Source: Promethearchaeati archaeon
GTDB taxonomy: Archaea > Asgardarchaeota > Heimdallarchaeia > JABLTI01
Direction of reading: 5' to 3'
DNA length: 24,000 nucleotides
Assembly: GCA_013166835.1 (NCBI GenBank)
Contig: JABLTI010000029.1
Location: 5,579-29,578, forward strand
This document shows positions 1 to 8,397 of the stretch, piece by piece (within the stretch, counting starts at the first letter, position 1; each line of letters begins with the position of its first letter). A model generated the notes under the pieces. The model was not told the DNA's origin. It saw only the letters and a list, made by a program, of their open reading frames with translations, and made no database searches. The position numbers and the translations under genes were made by a program.

Positions 1-1379
1 ACGTTGGACCGAATGTTCCAATGCTATCTAGTTTCTCTTATCTTACACTCTTCTGGTTTATGATTACATGTAGCATAGCATTCATGCTTACATTCCTCTT
101 CTTAATTGTCGCCAGAGTAATTACCTTACTTTGGACATTACTCAATAATCGTTTATGGCGTAATCGCTTGAATATTTTTTCATTATCAATAAAACACTTG
201 TCAGATAATCGGGGAATCTATCAAACGACAATTTTGGCAGCATTAATATTTGGACTAGTAATAATACCTGGATTGGCTATGGAGAGCTCCATACCATCAC
301 ATATACAAAATGAAGCAAAACTCTCAATGGGAAATACCAATTTGATTGTAACTGATTGGTTTGATGAACATGATACAATTTTACCGGTAATTGATAGTAT
401 CTCAGGTGTGAAAAACGCCACGGAGGTAAGAGCTTATACAATTATCAATGACAATCAAGGAAGCAGTTATCCCAGACCATTTCATATTAATGTGTTGGGA
501 ATCGAGGAACCAACTGAATTCATAGAAACGATAGATTTTGATCTGTTTGATGAATCAGTATCTACAGAAGACCTTTCATTGTTGAATAACCTATCATTTG
601 CATTATTTGACTCCGAAATTGCTAAGAAATACAATATTGATCCAGGAGAGATATTTAGAACTACATATTACACACGATATGTTTATGAGTTTACAAGTTT
701 GGGATCATTTGATTTCTTTCCATTATCACCTCTACCAAAGAAACAAATTTTCCACAATGATGACGTTCTCTCCATTGTCACAAGTCTTGCTACAGCAAAA
801 GAGCTTATCTATTCTTTAGATTTCTCGACAGACATATATGGAGAATCAATTTTACTAATAAATGTAGAAAATCAGAGTTCAGTACAATATGTCAAAACTC
901 AATTAGAGAATATGACTCTTGACACCATGAATATGGAAGATTACTATAACGAATATTATTCCAAAATTGAATTATTTCCAAAGAATAATCTATTCTTCTT
1001 TTCTTTCGTATCAGCATTCACTTTACTCTTTATAGGCTACTTTACAGGAATGAAAATATTTGATGATAGAATTAGAATAATAGAATCATTTTACCGCATT
1101 GGAGCTGAAAGAGGAAGAATACTAGGATTATTTACAATGGAACTTTTCTTTGTAAACATTCTCCCAATAACCATAGCTATGCTATCTTCAATACCGCTTG
1201 TTAGGTTTTTAGCGGTTTATTATTTGAGTGTCCAAGAATACTATTTCCCATTTACACTCAGTTTGCCTGCATGGCTATTTATCGTAATAATACTGGGTGG
1301 AATAGCATTATCATCAATAGGCTGGTTCTTAGCGATCATACCTGCGCTTTATAAATACAGACCAGTTAAACAGGAGTAG
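1..1379 (+). CDS. ABC transporter permease, FtsX/MacB-like (type VII); possibly 5'-truncated by the window edge
   Basis: The tracked ORF starts at ATG 21, but the same frame is open back to nt 3 (VGPNVP-M) with no stop, so the gene may continue upstream. 'LSIKHLSDNRGIYQTTILAALIFGLVII' looks like the conserved arm plus TM1 of FtsX-type permeases. A hydrophilic loop of about 230 aa follows, then three C-terminal TM helices (FFFSFVSAFTLLFIGYF, ILGLFTMELFFVNILPITIAML, WLFIVIILGGIALSSIGWFLAIIPAL). An extra hydrophobic stretch precedes the arm motif, which hints at a preceding membrane module. The ABC ATPase gene follows after a 5-nt gap. Confidence 0.8.
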   Translation, partial: VGPNVPMLSSFSYLTLFWFMITCSIAFMLTFLFLIVARVITLLWTLLNNRLWRNRLNIFSLSIKHLSDNRGIYQTTILAALIFGLVIIPGLAMESSIPSHIQNEAKLSMGNTNLIVTDWFDEHDTILPVIDSISGVKNATEVRAYTIINDNQGSSYPRPFHINVLGIEEPTEFIETIDFDLFDESVSTEDLSLLNNLSFALFDSEIAKKYNIDPGEIFRTTYYTRYVYEFTSLGSFDFFPLSPLPKKQIFHNDDVLSIVTSLATAKELIYSLDFSTDIYGESILLINVENQSSVQYVKTQLENMTLDTMNMEDYYNEYYSKIELFPKNNLFFFSFVSAFTLLFIGYFTGMKIFDDRIRIIESFYRIGAERGRILGLFTMELFFVNILPITIAMLSSIPLVRFLAVYYLSVQEYYFPFTLSLPAWLFIVIILGGIALSSIGWFLAIIPALYKYRPVKQE

Positions 1380-1384
1380 ATGAA

Positions 1385-3043
1385 ATGATTGACTGTGAAG
1401 ACGTAATAAAAATCTATTCAGATCCGGAAACAAATATTAGAATTGCAGCACTAAGAGGTATTGATTTAAAAATCAATAAAGGTGAAATTATTTCCATAGT
1501 TGGCCCAAGTGGTTCCGGTAAATCTACTTTGATAAAGATACTAGCAGGTATAGAAGCCATTTCAAGTGGGGAAGCAAGAGTAGGGGAATTTGAACTTGAA
1601 AAAATGGGTTTAAAAGATCTACTAAATTATAGACTAAAGTCTGTAGGGTTAGTACATCAATTCCCAGAAAGAACACTATTTCTTACCGGTTCAGTTTGGG
1701 ATAATATGTCTTTCTCCTCAAGCCTATCCTCGAAAAACTTGACACAAAACAAGCAAGAAAACAATGAAATACTAAAAACACTAGGAATTGACCACCTCAG
1801 AAATAGACGAGTGAGTTTGTTATCAGGAGGAGAAATGATAAGAACAGCTATAGCCTGTATGCTAGCTAAAAAAGCTAAACTACTTTTATGTGACGAACCG
1901 ACTGGTCAATTAGATAGTGTGAACACTGAGATTGTTAAAGATACACTTCGACAAATTTCTCAAGATTATGACACCACTGTACTTGTAGTTACCCACGATC
2001 CAAGATTCTTGACAGGGGTAGATAGAACTTGTGAAATCTATAGTGGAAGAGTCAGTTCACTCTATAATGCTGAAGAAAGTGCTCTTGTTAGTGCAGATGA
2101 ATTCCCACTAGAATTTATTGGGCAATTAGATTCATCTCAGAACGTTAGGGTCCCTCGAGAAGTCTACAGTTTATTACAACTACACACAAAAGTAAAGTTC
2201 TCAATTTCTAAAGATTCTGTTGTTGAAATAAAACATCCAGAAGGATTACTGCCGAAAAAACCTGAATTAAAAGAATTAAGAAAACAGAAAAAGCTCATAA
2301 TAGAAGATTTGCCGAAGGACTATTTTGCTAGCAAAGATGTTATCATTAAAGCTTCTAACATCTCAAAAATATATACTTACAAATCTCTTAAAATCCCCGC
2401 AGTTACAAATGTGGATATGCAAATTTGCGATGGTGAGTTAGTGTTTATTATTGGTCCTTCAGGATCAGGTAAAACTACTTTAATCAAAGTAATTACTGGC
2501 ATGGAATCAAGTAGTAGTGGAGAAATTCAGGTTCTTGATGAGGAGTTGCACAAATTAAATGATGCTCATAGAGCGAAGTTTCGCAGGAAAAACCTTGGAA
2601 TAGTTTCTCAATTAGGAGATTTGCATCCAAATATCACTGTCAGAAAGAATCTTTTCCTAAAGAAATTACTATCTGGTGATTTTGTATTTCTAAAGAAGTA
2701 TCCACAAACAGAAATCGATGATATACTAGAAATGTTCCAAATTACTCATAGACAAGAATCATATCCATTAGAGATTTCCGGTGGAGAATTACAAAGAGCA
2801 TCCTTAGCTATAGCAAAATATGGAGAACCAGGAATACTCCTACTAGATGAACCAACAGCAAACATGGATGGCGAACTAGCAGAAATCGTAATGGAACAAT
2901 TATACCAAATTCATCAGCAGCTTGGATCGACTTTGATAATAACTACTCATGACATCAATTTAGTTAGGGATGGCACTAGAGTAATTGAACTAAAAGACGG
3001 GAAAATCAGTAGAGATGGACTCGCTACCTCTGTGGAAGAATGA
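1385..3043 (+). CDS. ABC transporter ATP-binding protein with two fused LolD/MacB-type nucleotide-binding domains
   Basis: NBD1: Walker A GPSGSGKST (aa 40-48), Q-loop VGLVHQ, signature LSGGE (146-150), Walker B LLLCDEP (166-172), H-loop VVTHD. NBD2: Walker A GPSGSGKTT (357-365), Q-loop IVSQ, signature ISGGE (464-468), Walker B LLLDEP (485-490), H-loop ITTHD. AGGAG at 1372-1376 lies 8 nt upstream of the ATG. Confidence 0.9.
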   Translation: MIDCEDVIKIYSDPETNIRIAALRGIDLKINKGEIISIVGPSGSGKSTLIKILAGIEAISSGEARVGEFELEKMGLKDLLNYRLKSVGLVHQFPERTLFLTGSVWDNMSFSSSLSSKNLTQNKQENNEILKTLGIDHLRNRRVSLLSGGEMIRTAIACMLAKKAKLLLCDEPTGQLDSVNTEIVKDTLRQISQDYDTTVLVVTHDPRFLTGVDRTCEIYSGRVSSLYNAEESALVSADEFPLEFIGQLDSSQNVRVPREVYSLLQLHTKVKFSISKDSVVEIKHPEGLLPKKPELKELRKQKKLIIEDLPKDYFASKDVIIKASNISKIYTYKSLKIPAVTNVDMQICDGELVFIIGPSGSGKTTLIKVITGMESSSSGEIQVLDEELHKLNDAHRAKFRRKNLGIVSQLGDLHPNITVRKNLFLKKLLSGDFVFLKKYPQTEIDDILEMFQITHRQESYPLEISGGELQRASLAIAKYGEPGILLLDEPTANMDGELAEIVMEQLYQIHQQLGSTLIITTHDINLVRDGTRVIELKDGKISRDGLATSVEE

Positions 3044-3061
3044 TTAGAAAATAAAAGAAGA

Positions 3062-3095
3062 AATTAGCTCAAAAGAGCTAATTATTGTATTTTTT
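3062..3095. terminator. Perfect 9-bp stem hairpin flanked by T-rich tracts on both strands (bidirectional terminator candidate between convergent genes)
   Basis: AATTAGCTC (3062-3070), loop AAAA, GAGCTAATT (3075-3083), then ATTGTATTTTTT on the + strand. The complement of the upstream flank (agaaaataaaagaagaa) is also T-rich on the - strand. Confidence 0.6.
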
Positions 3096-3222
3096 CTAGA
3101 ATAGAAGTATAGGTAATATTAGTCCTAGTATTGCCAAGATAAATGCAACAAATATTAGAATCATTGGCCATTTCTTGGATTTTGTAATAATCATTGATTC
3201 ATTATTTGTTAAGAATATAATA

Positions 3223-6200
3223 TTACTTTTCTTTCAATAAATCGCTAAGATTACTAACTCCAAAAGGTCCAATCTGTTCTAATTGCGTTGCGAGAATAAA
3301 GAGAGTGTTGAGTGTTATCGTTTCTCTTGGTTTTACTTTGATTTCTCGAGTATTTTTTGTCAAAGAAATATGAGTTAGATTTGGTGAATACGGATAAACG
3401 CTGCTAATAAATTGACCTCTTGAACAAGCAACACCAAAGTAATATTTGTTATCTGCTTTCTTAAATGCAGACCATAAGTTTCCATATAACTTTTCATAAC
3501 CAACTTCAGATTCATGATTCTGCAGTTTGTAAGTCATAGTTTTTCCTTGTTTATCTTGAATGAAATAACGGTCTCTTTCAGAATTTGATGTTTTCAAATC
3601 GGCAGTAGTATGAGCATAGAGATTCCTCGTGGATCCCGACAGATTTGTAAATACTTGTTGACCTAAGACAATAGGAGAATCAGGGAGTGTTAGGAATCGA
3701 TTTTCCACTTGTATGCCCTTTATTGCCGGATGAAATGTTAACACGTTTGATTTGAATCCAATACCTTTCCAATTACCTTCTTCTATTTCATAAGAATCAA
3801 AGGTGATATTGTCAAAGTACTTCTCATCACCAATCCAGAAGTGTTTTGGTTTTACTATGGGTCCGAGTCCACCATAAAAGTGATTAAACCATAAGAATGG
3901 TTTGCTTTCTGGGAAGTTTGTAAGCAAGTAATTATGATCATCATCTGCTGGTGATAAGAAGAAAACATAGCCCTTGAAATCCTTACTTCCTTTGAATTTC
4001 AAGTATCCATTGTTGACTTCTAAAACTTCTTTATTATCAACTAATGATTTTGTTATTGTGACATCCTCTTTCTTATCAAAGAATGCAAAAGCTATAGGTG
4101 TATCATACTTTTTGGTTTTACAATCAAAGGTGATTTTACCACCCACAACATAGCTTTTTGGTGCTTTTATTTTGATTTCTTCTTGCCAAAATCTTCCTTT
4201 GTGAGATTTAATTTTGAAGCTACTCGGTTCTGTTATTTTTTCTTTGAGAGAGATATCGACTTTTCCTTTTAATGTTGTAGTTCCTGAAGCATCAAAAGCC
4301 ACATCTATTGTTTTCTGATTCTTATCAAGAATTACTCCTTGAGCTAGTGTTTCACCTTCAATTTTATTGATGAATCCAAATTGTTTCATATTTTCCGGGA
4401 AATGATAAAATTGCAATTCATTTTCAGGGGAGTAATGAAACTTGTCTTGCCACATTTTCCTAACTGCTTGCCAGGAATCTGTAAAATAGTAATAAGTAAA
4501 TGGTGTTTCATAACTAGTTTTGCCTTTCAACTCAGCTATTTTATAATCGACACTTGGAAATCTTCTGGGTCGGATTTTATCAATTTTATTTAAATCATGG
4601 AGAAATCCAATTGTTCCACTTACGTACTCGGTTGCTCTCCAACCCTCAGAAAAATCTGATGGATCATCTTCGAAAATAGTTGGAACTTCATACATGTTTC
4701 CAGTTTTTATTCCATCCTTTGTTGGAATAATTATATTCTTAACATCAGTTTGTCCAGGCCACCAATAGGAACCTAGTTGTATACCTAGGTCACCGATTGG
4801 TTTATCAGTGAGATTTTCTACCAAATATTTGAAACCGATTGGCTCATTGCTTGTTGGGATAAAGGCCTTTCTTGTTACTTTAATTCCTTTTTTATCCTCT
4901 GATAGTCCAGTACTATGTATCCAAACACCATTAGATTCTTCTTTAATTTCATGTTCCAATTGTAGATTAAAGAATTCACTTCCATCATCATCAAAAGGAT
5001 AGCCTAGAATTATAGCATTACCATTTATACACAATCTTCTAAGTTTGTCAGTGATATAGATTTCATTTGACCAAGGTTGTGGTTTTCTATTGAATTTCAC
5101 TAAGTAATGTTTGTTTTCTATGTAAACAAGCTCCTCAAATTCATATACCACAGATTTGTTTTCGTTGAAGATGACAACAGGTAAGAGTCTCTCTTGTAAT
5201 AATTCATTATCCTTTGTTGTAGCTCTAACCTTAACAAAATCAACAACTGTATCTGTGCTTCCAGTCTCAGCAGCAACCTCAAGTATTGTATCATATTTTG
5301 AAATTTTCACTTCGTGTTGCTTTTTCTTAAAAGTAATGAAATTTGTATCTGTTAATTCAATTTTAATTGCTTTTTCTTCATCAAAGCAATTTATAATTTC
5401 AAGAGGTAATGTAAATTGATGATTTGGAATGGTATTATAATTTACTGGAGCTGTCAAGATCTTAATTGCATGTAATGGTGCTTTCCCTATTCTTATTGGA
5501 AAACTTACTCCATCGCTTTCAATATTAAATGTAATTTGATGTTCACTGTAGTTTTGATGATGTATTTTCATATCAAATTCATTAGTATCATAAGCAAAAC
5601 TAGCTGTAAATTGGAGAATTTTCTCCTCTTTTGGCTTTACAATTATTTCTTGTTTTTCAACTTTTAATTTGATTTTATCAGAAATTTGAGTATTAATTTG
5701 AAACTTCTTTTCAGTAGAGCCATTATTTCTGATTGTCAATGTTATTGGAAATTCCTCAAAACCAATGAATGCTTCAGTATTTGGTACAGTTGCTTTCACA
5801 AATAAATCATCATTCTCAGTTTTCTTATGGAACCCACTAATGCAGCCAATGCTTCTATCTATCCAAACTTCTAGAGAATTTTTCTCATCCATTACAAAAT
5901 CGTATTTGTAGATTGCCATTTTCTCTTCGAATTCTTCATCCGGAATTTGATTAATTACTGGTTTAAAGGAATTATACCATGAATACTTCTCAAACATCTC
6001 TTGGAGAAGTGGATAAACCAGTATTTGAGGAAGATAATTCTCAAGATAACAAGAAGTATTAGGTCGCCACTTGTAACCTTGCTTCTTGTAAAGAGGCATC
6101 GCCTTAAGATTTCCACCCCACGTATGGAGAGAAATTAATGGAGCTTTATGTTTTAGTGCGTGTCTAGTGGATTCTAAGAGAAGAGCTTTTCCAAATTTCT

Positions 6201-6573
6201 GTCCTTGATATGCAGGATCAACCCCTATCAACTGAACATACCAAGCATCAGATAGATTCCATGATCTACTACAGATACTTACTCCCACTATTTTATTCTC
6301 ATCATCAGGGGCATTAATAATGAAACGGCTTGAATGATCAAGACCTTTGAATCTCTTTTCTAAATATTCACCAGTAAATTCGAAATTCCCACCAAAACCA
6401 CCTGGCCAGCTATCGGTATCATTGAAAGTCTTATAGCAACTCGCTAATGCATCGTAGTCTTTTCTTTCCTCACGTAATGTTCTAATCAATTCTGTTTTTT
6501 CATCTTGTAGGAAGATTATTTCTCTGATGTCCATACTGGTCTTATCAGTGCTTTTTTTAGGGTTCATTTCCAT
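3223..6573 (-). CDS. Large GNAT-family N-acetyltransferase fusion protein: N-terminal GNAT domain plus about 930 aa of uncharacterised beta-rich region
   Basis: 1116-aa ORF. Residues about 85-175 carry GNAT motif A, 'WYVQLIGVDPAYQGQKFGKALLLES' (Q-x-x-G-x-G/A acetyl-CoA loop), and 'AMPLYKKQGYKW' (motif B). No N-terminal signal or TM segment. The remainder has no motif I recognise. GGTGG lies directly before the first ATG and 6 nt before the in-frame ATG at 6567, so the start may be 6567. Confidence 0.8.
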   Translation of the reverse strand: MEMNPKKSTDKTSMDIREIIFLQDEKTELIRTLREERKDYDALASCYKTFNDTDSWPGGFGGNFEFTGEYLEKRFKGLDHSSRFIINAPDDENKIVGVSICSRSWNLSDAWYVQLIGVDPAYQGQKFGKALLLESTRHALKHKAPLISLHTWGGNLKAMPLYKKQGYKWRPNTSCYLENYLPQILVYPLLQEMFEKYSWYNSFKPVINQIPDEEFEEKMAIYKYDFVMDEKNSLEVWIDRSIGCISGFHKKTENDDLFVKATVPNTEAFIGFEEFPITLTIRNNGSTEKKFQINTQISDKIKLKVEKQEIIVKPKEEKILQFTASFAYDTNEFDMKIHHQNYSEHQITFNIESDGVSFPIRIGKAPLHAIKILTAPVNYNTIPNHQFTLPLEIINCFDEEKAIKIELTDTNFITFKKKQHEVKISKYDTILEVAAETGSTDTVVDFVKVRATTKDNELLQERLLPVVIFNENKSVVYEFEELVYIENKHYLVKFNRKPQPWSNEIYITDKLRRLCINGNAIILGYPFDDDGSEFFNLQLEHEIKEESNGVWIHSTGLSEDKKGIKVTRKAFIPTSNEPIGFKYLVENLTDKPIGDLGIQLGSYWWPGQTDVKNIIIPTKDGIKTGNMYEVPTIFEDDPSDFSEGWRATEYVSGTIGFLHDLNKIDKIRPRRFPSVDYKIAELKGKTSYETPFTYYYFTDSWQAVRKMWQDKFHYSPENELQFYHFPENMKQFGFINKIEGETLAQGVILDKNQKTIDVAFDASGTTTLKGKVDISLKEKITEPSSFKIKSHKGRFWQEEIKIKAPKSYVVGGKITFDCKTKKYDTPIAFAFFDKKEDVTITKSLVDNKEVLEVNNGYLKFKGSKDFKGYVFFLSPADDDHNYLLTNFPESKPFLWFNHFYGGLGPIVKPKHFWIGDEKYFDNITFDSYEIEEGNWKGIGFKSNVLTFHPAIKGIQVENRFLTLPDSPIVLGQQVFTNLSGSTRNLYAHTTADLKTSNSERDRYFIQDKQGKTMTYKLQNHESEVGYEKLYGNLWSAFKKADNKYYFGVACSRGQFISSVYPYSPNLTHISLTKNTREIKVKPRETITLNTLFILATQLEQIGPFGVSNLSDLLKEK

Positions 6574-6652
6574 CCACCAAAGCGTGATTCTCTCTCAAAA
6601 TTCCCAATGGAAGTTTAGCGAGAACTCATCTTATTTTAGCTTTGGGTTTACT

Positions 6653-7357
6653 CTAGGAAGTTTCTTGTTCTTTTTCAGCGAATATTTTTGGTTCTTGAGC
6701 TATCTCAACGCTTCTATATGCTAGTCTATTAACAAGTATAAGCAACGAGCCTAACATTAGAAAAACAACAACTAAAACTCCTAACGCAAGGAAATAATAA
6801 CCTAAACCTATTGCATCAATATCCAAGAAAGGATAAAGATAACTACCAAAGAATTTCCCATTAATAACTGACCATATTATATAGAGAATCGGATAGATAA
6901 TCCAGAAAGCAAAATAAAGAAATTTGTACTTTACTTTTTTCAAAGAAAAAATCCAATCAATAAGAAAAGCTATTGGGACAAGATAATGAATTACAAGATT
7001 AGTGAAAATACCATATGGTGTTGTTGGATTGTAAAGTGAGCTAAGCATTATTGCATATCCTAAGAATGTAATTGTGATATAGATTGTTATTCCGCCTTTT
7101 AGTGCACCCTCAACTTTCTTTAGCCTATCAGAGTTAAAATGAAAAATGACTGCAAGTGTTAACCATATCGCAACTAACAAATTAGTTTGCATTGTATAAT
7201 ACCTATAGCTTCTGATACCAGCAAGAAAACCTGATAAAGCATCTACTTGAGTTTGCGCTGTTCTCACAAACATCAAAATTAGTACCGACCAAGTAAATAA
7301 TCCAAGTATTAACCTGTAACTAAAGACTAGATTTCTAAAGTATTTCCAATTAAACAT
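6653..7357 (-). CDS. Polytopic membrane protein, possibly Pr6Pr / FAR-17a/AIG1-like family
   Basis: 234 aa with about 6 hydrophobic helices. 'YRYYTMQTNLLVAIW' resembles the YFT-x-QSN signature I remember for Pr6Pr-type membrane proteins. The family call is from memory only. Confidence 0.6.
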   Translation of the reverse strand: MFNWKYFRNLVFSYRLILGLFTWSVLILMFVRTAQTQVDALSGFLAGIRSYRYYTMQTNLLVAIWLTLAVIFHFNSDRLKKVEGALKGGITIYITITFLGYAIMLSSLYNPTTPYGIFTNLVIHYLVPIAFLIDWIFSLKKVKYKFLYFAFWIIYPILYIIWSVINGKFFGSYLYPFLDIDAIGLGYYFLALGVLVVVFLMLGSLLILVNRLAYRSVEIAQEPKIFAEKEQETS

Positions 7358-7479
7358 AGATTCTTCCAGCTATAAATTGCAATGTTCTATTGTTATGATA
7401 TTGTAAATTAAAAAGTATTTTTAGATGGAAAGGATGTTTGACCAGAGTATTAAAATGATAAAAACAAGAAAGATAACTT

Positions 7480-7935
7480 ATGAGTGAAAAGAAATCTATT
7501 AATTGGAAATTAATAATTATACGTGTGACTTATTGGGTTGGAGTAATACTTGATTTTCTCTCAGCTTTAGTGACAACTATCTATATGCTTTCACCAGGAG
7601 ACACGTTTATCAACGATATTTTTGATTACACATCATTAACAGATATTACTTACTCAATACTAGTTTTTGAGACAGCTTTAATGTGGGGTTGGACTGCTTT
7701 ACTCATTTGGGCGGATAGGAAACCGATTGAACGTAGAGGAGTATTACTTCTTACAATAGTTCCAGTTGTAGGAATGATGTTAATATTTAATACAGTAGGA
7801 TTTGTCGGAGGTAATCCGTTCGTTTCTGTATTTATGCTTGTTATACAATCAGTAATTGTAGCTCTTTATATTGCTAGCTTTATATTAGCATCAAAACTTG
7901 CAAAGAAAAATGAGAGTTTCTCTGAAAACTCTTAA
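7480..7935 (+). CDS. Small integral membrane protein (about 4 TM), unknown function
   Basis: 151-aa ORF with four long hydrophobic segments and a charged C-terminal tail (KLAKKNESFSENS). Divergent from 6653-7357. Confidence 0.6.
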   Translation: MSEKKSINWKLIIIRVTYWVGVILDFLSALVTTIYMLSPGDTFINDIFDYTSLTDITYSILVFETALMWGWTALLIWADRKPIERRGVLLLTIVPVVGMMLIFNTVGFVGGNPFVSVFMLVIQSVIVALYIASFILASKLAKKNESFSENS

Positions 7936-7994
7936 TACTTTTTTTCATTTGGAAAATTATTTATTTTAGTGATTCAATAAAAACTTGAGTTATA

Positions 7995-8372
7995 ATGATA
8001 AATGAAGTTCTCATCTATATTGGGTCAGCTATAATAATTGTCTGGGGAATTGCTCATGAAATAGCTACAAAAAGTGTAGTAAAAGGATTCGGAGAAATAT
8101 CAGAAGATAATAAGAAAATAATTACCCTTGAATGGATTGCAGAAGGTATTGCTCTTTGTTTTATAGGCGTTCTAGCTATTTTCGTAACTGCATTTGGTGA
8201 CTATTCAACGCTAACGAACCAACTTGTTTATTGGATTAGTTCTGCTACTATGTTTGGTTTAGGTATACTCACTTTACTTACAGGTGCAAGAACTAAAGAA
8301 ATTCCCTTTAAAATTTGTCCTGCTGTTTTAGCTGTTGTTATTACTTTATTTATGCTTGGTAGTTTGTTGTAA
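7995..8372 (+). CDS. Small integral membrane protein (about 4 TM), unknown function
   Basis: 125-aa ORF that is hydrophobic throughout. Same strand as 7480-7935 and 59 nt downstream of it. A T7 run follows. Confidence 0.55.
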   Translation: MINEVLIYIGSAIIIVWGIAHEIATKSVVKGFGEISEDNKKIITLEWIAEGIALCFIGVLAIFVTAFGDYSTLTNQLVYWISSATMFGLGILTLLTGARTKEIPFKICPAVLAVVITLFMLGSLL

Positions 8373-8386
8373 CAACATCTATTCTA

Positions 8387-8393
8387 TTTTTTT
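8387..8393 (+). terminator. Oligo-T tract (T7) downstream of 7995-8372; archaeal-style terminator candidate
   Basis: TTTTTTT lies 15 nt after the stop codon, and a second T5 run follows. No convincing hairpin. Confidence 0.3.
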
Positions 8394-8397
8394 ATTT

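Noticed and set aside
221-819. Short ORFs 221-421 (-) and 598-819 (+) inside the permease gene
   Set aside because: They are fully embedded in a longer ORF with a clear family signature. They have low-complexity, unrecognisable sequence and are typical shadow ORFs.
1385-3043. Considered calling the 552-aa two-NBD protein an ABC-F translation or antibiotic-resistance factor (similar length, no TM domain)
   Set aside because: Both NBDs have the GPSGSGK[ST]T / LolD-MacB-type sequence context. The gene sits 5 nt downstream of an FtsX-type permease with an SD sequence. I see no ABC-F arm or PtIM-like basic helical linker.
4381-5419. Plus-strand ORFs 4381-4593, 4808-5002 and 5156-5419, antisense to the GNAT fusion gene
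   Set aside because: They are antisense shadow ORFs within an uninterrupted 1116-codon ORF. Their translations are Ser/Leu/Phe-rich with no motifs.
6527-6724. 65-aa plus-strand ORF spanning the GNAT start, the intergenic gap and the end of 6653-7357
   Set aside because: It overlaps two better-supported minus-strand genes, and its hydrophobic translation is simply the complement of AT-rich coding sequence.
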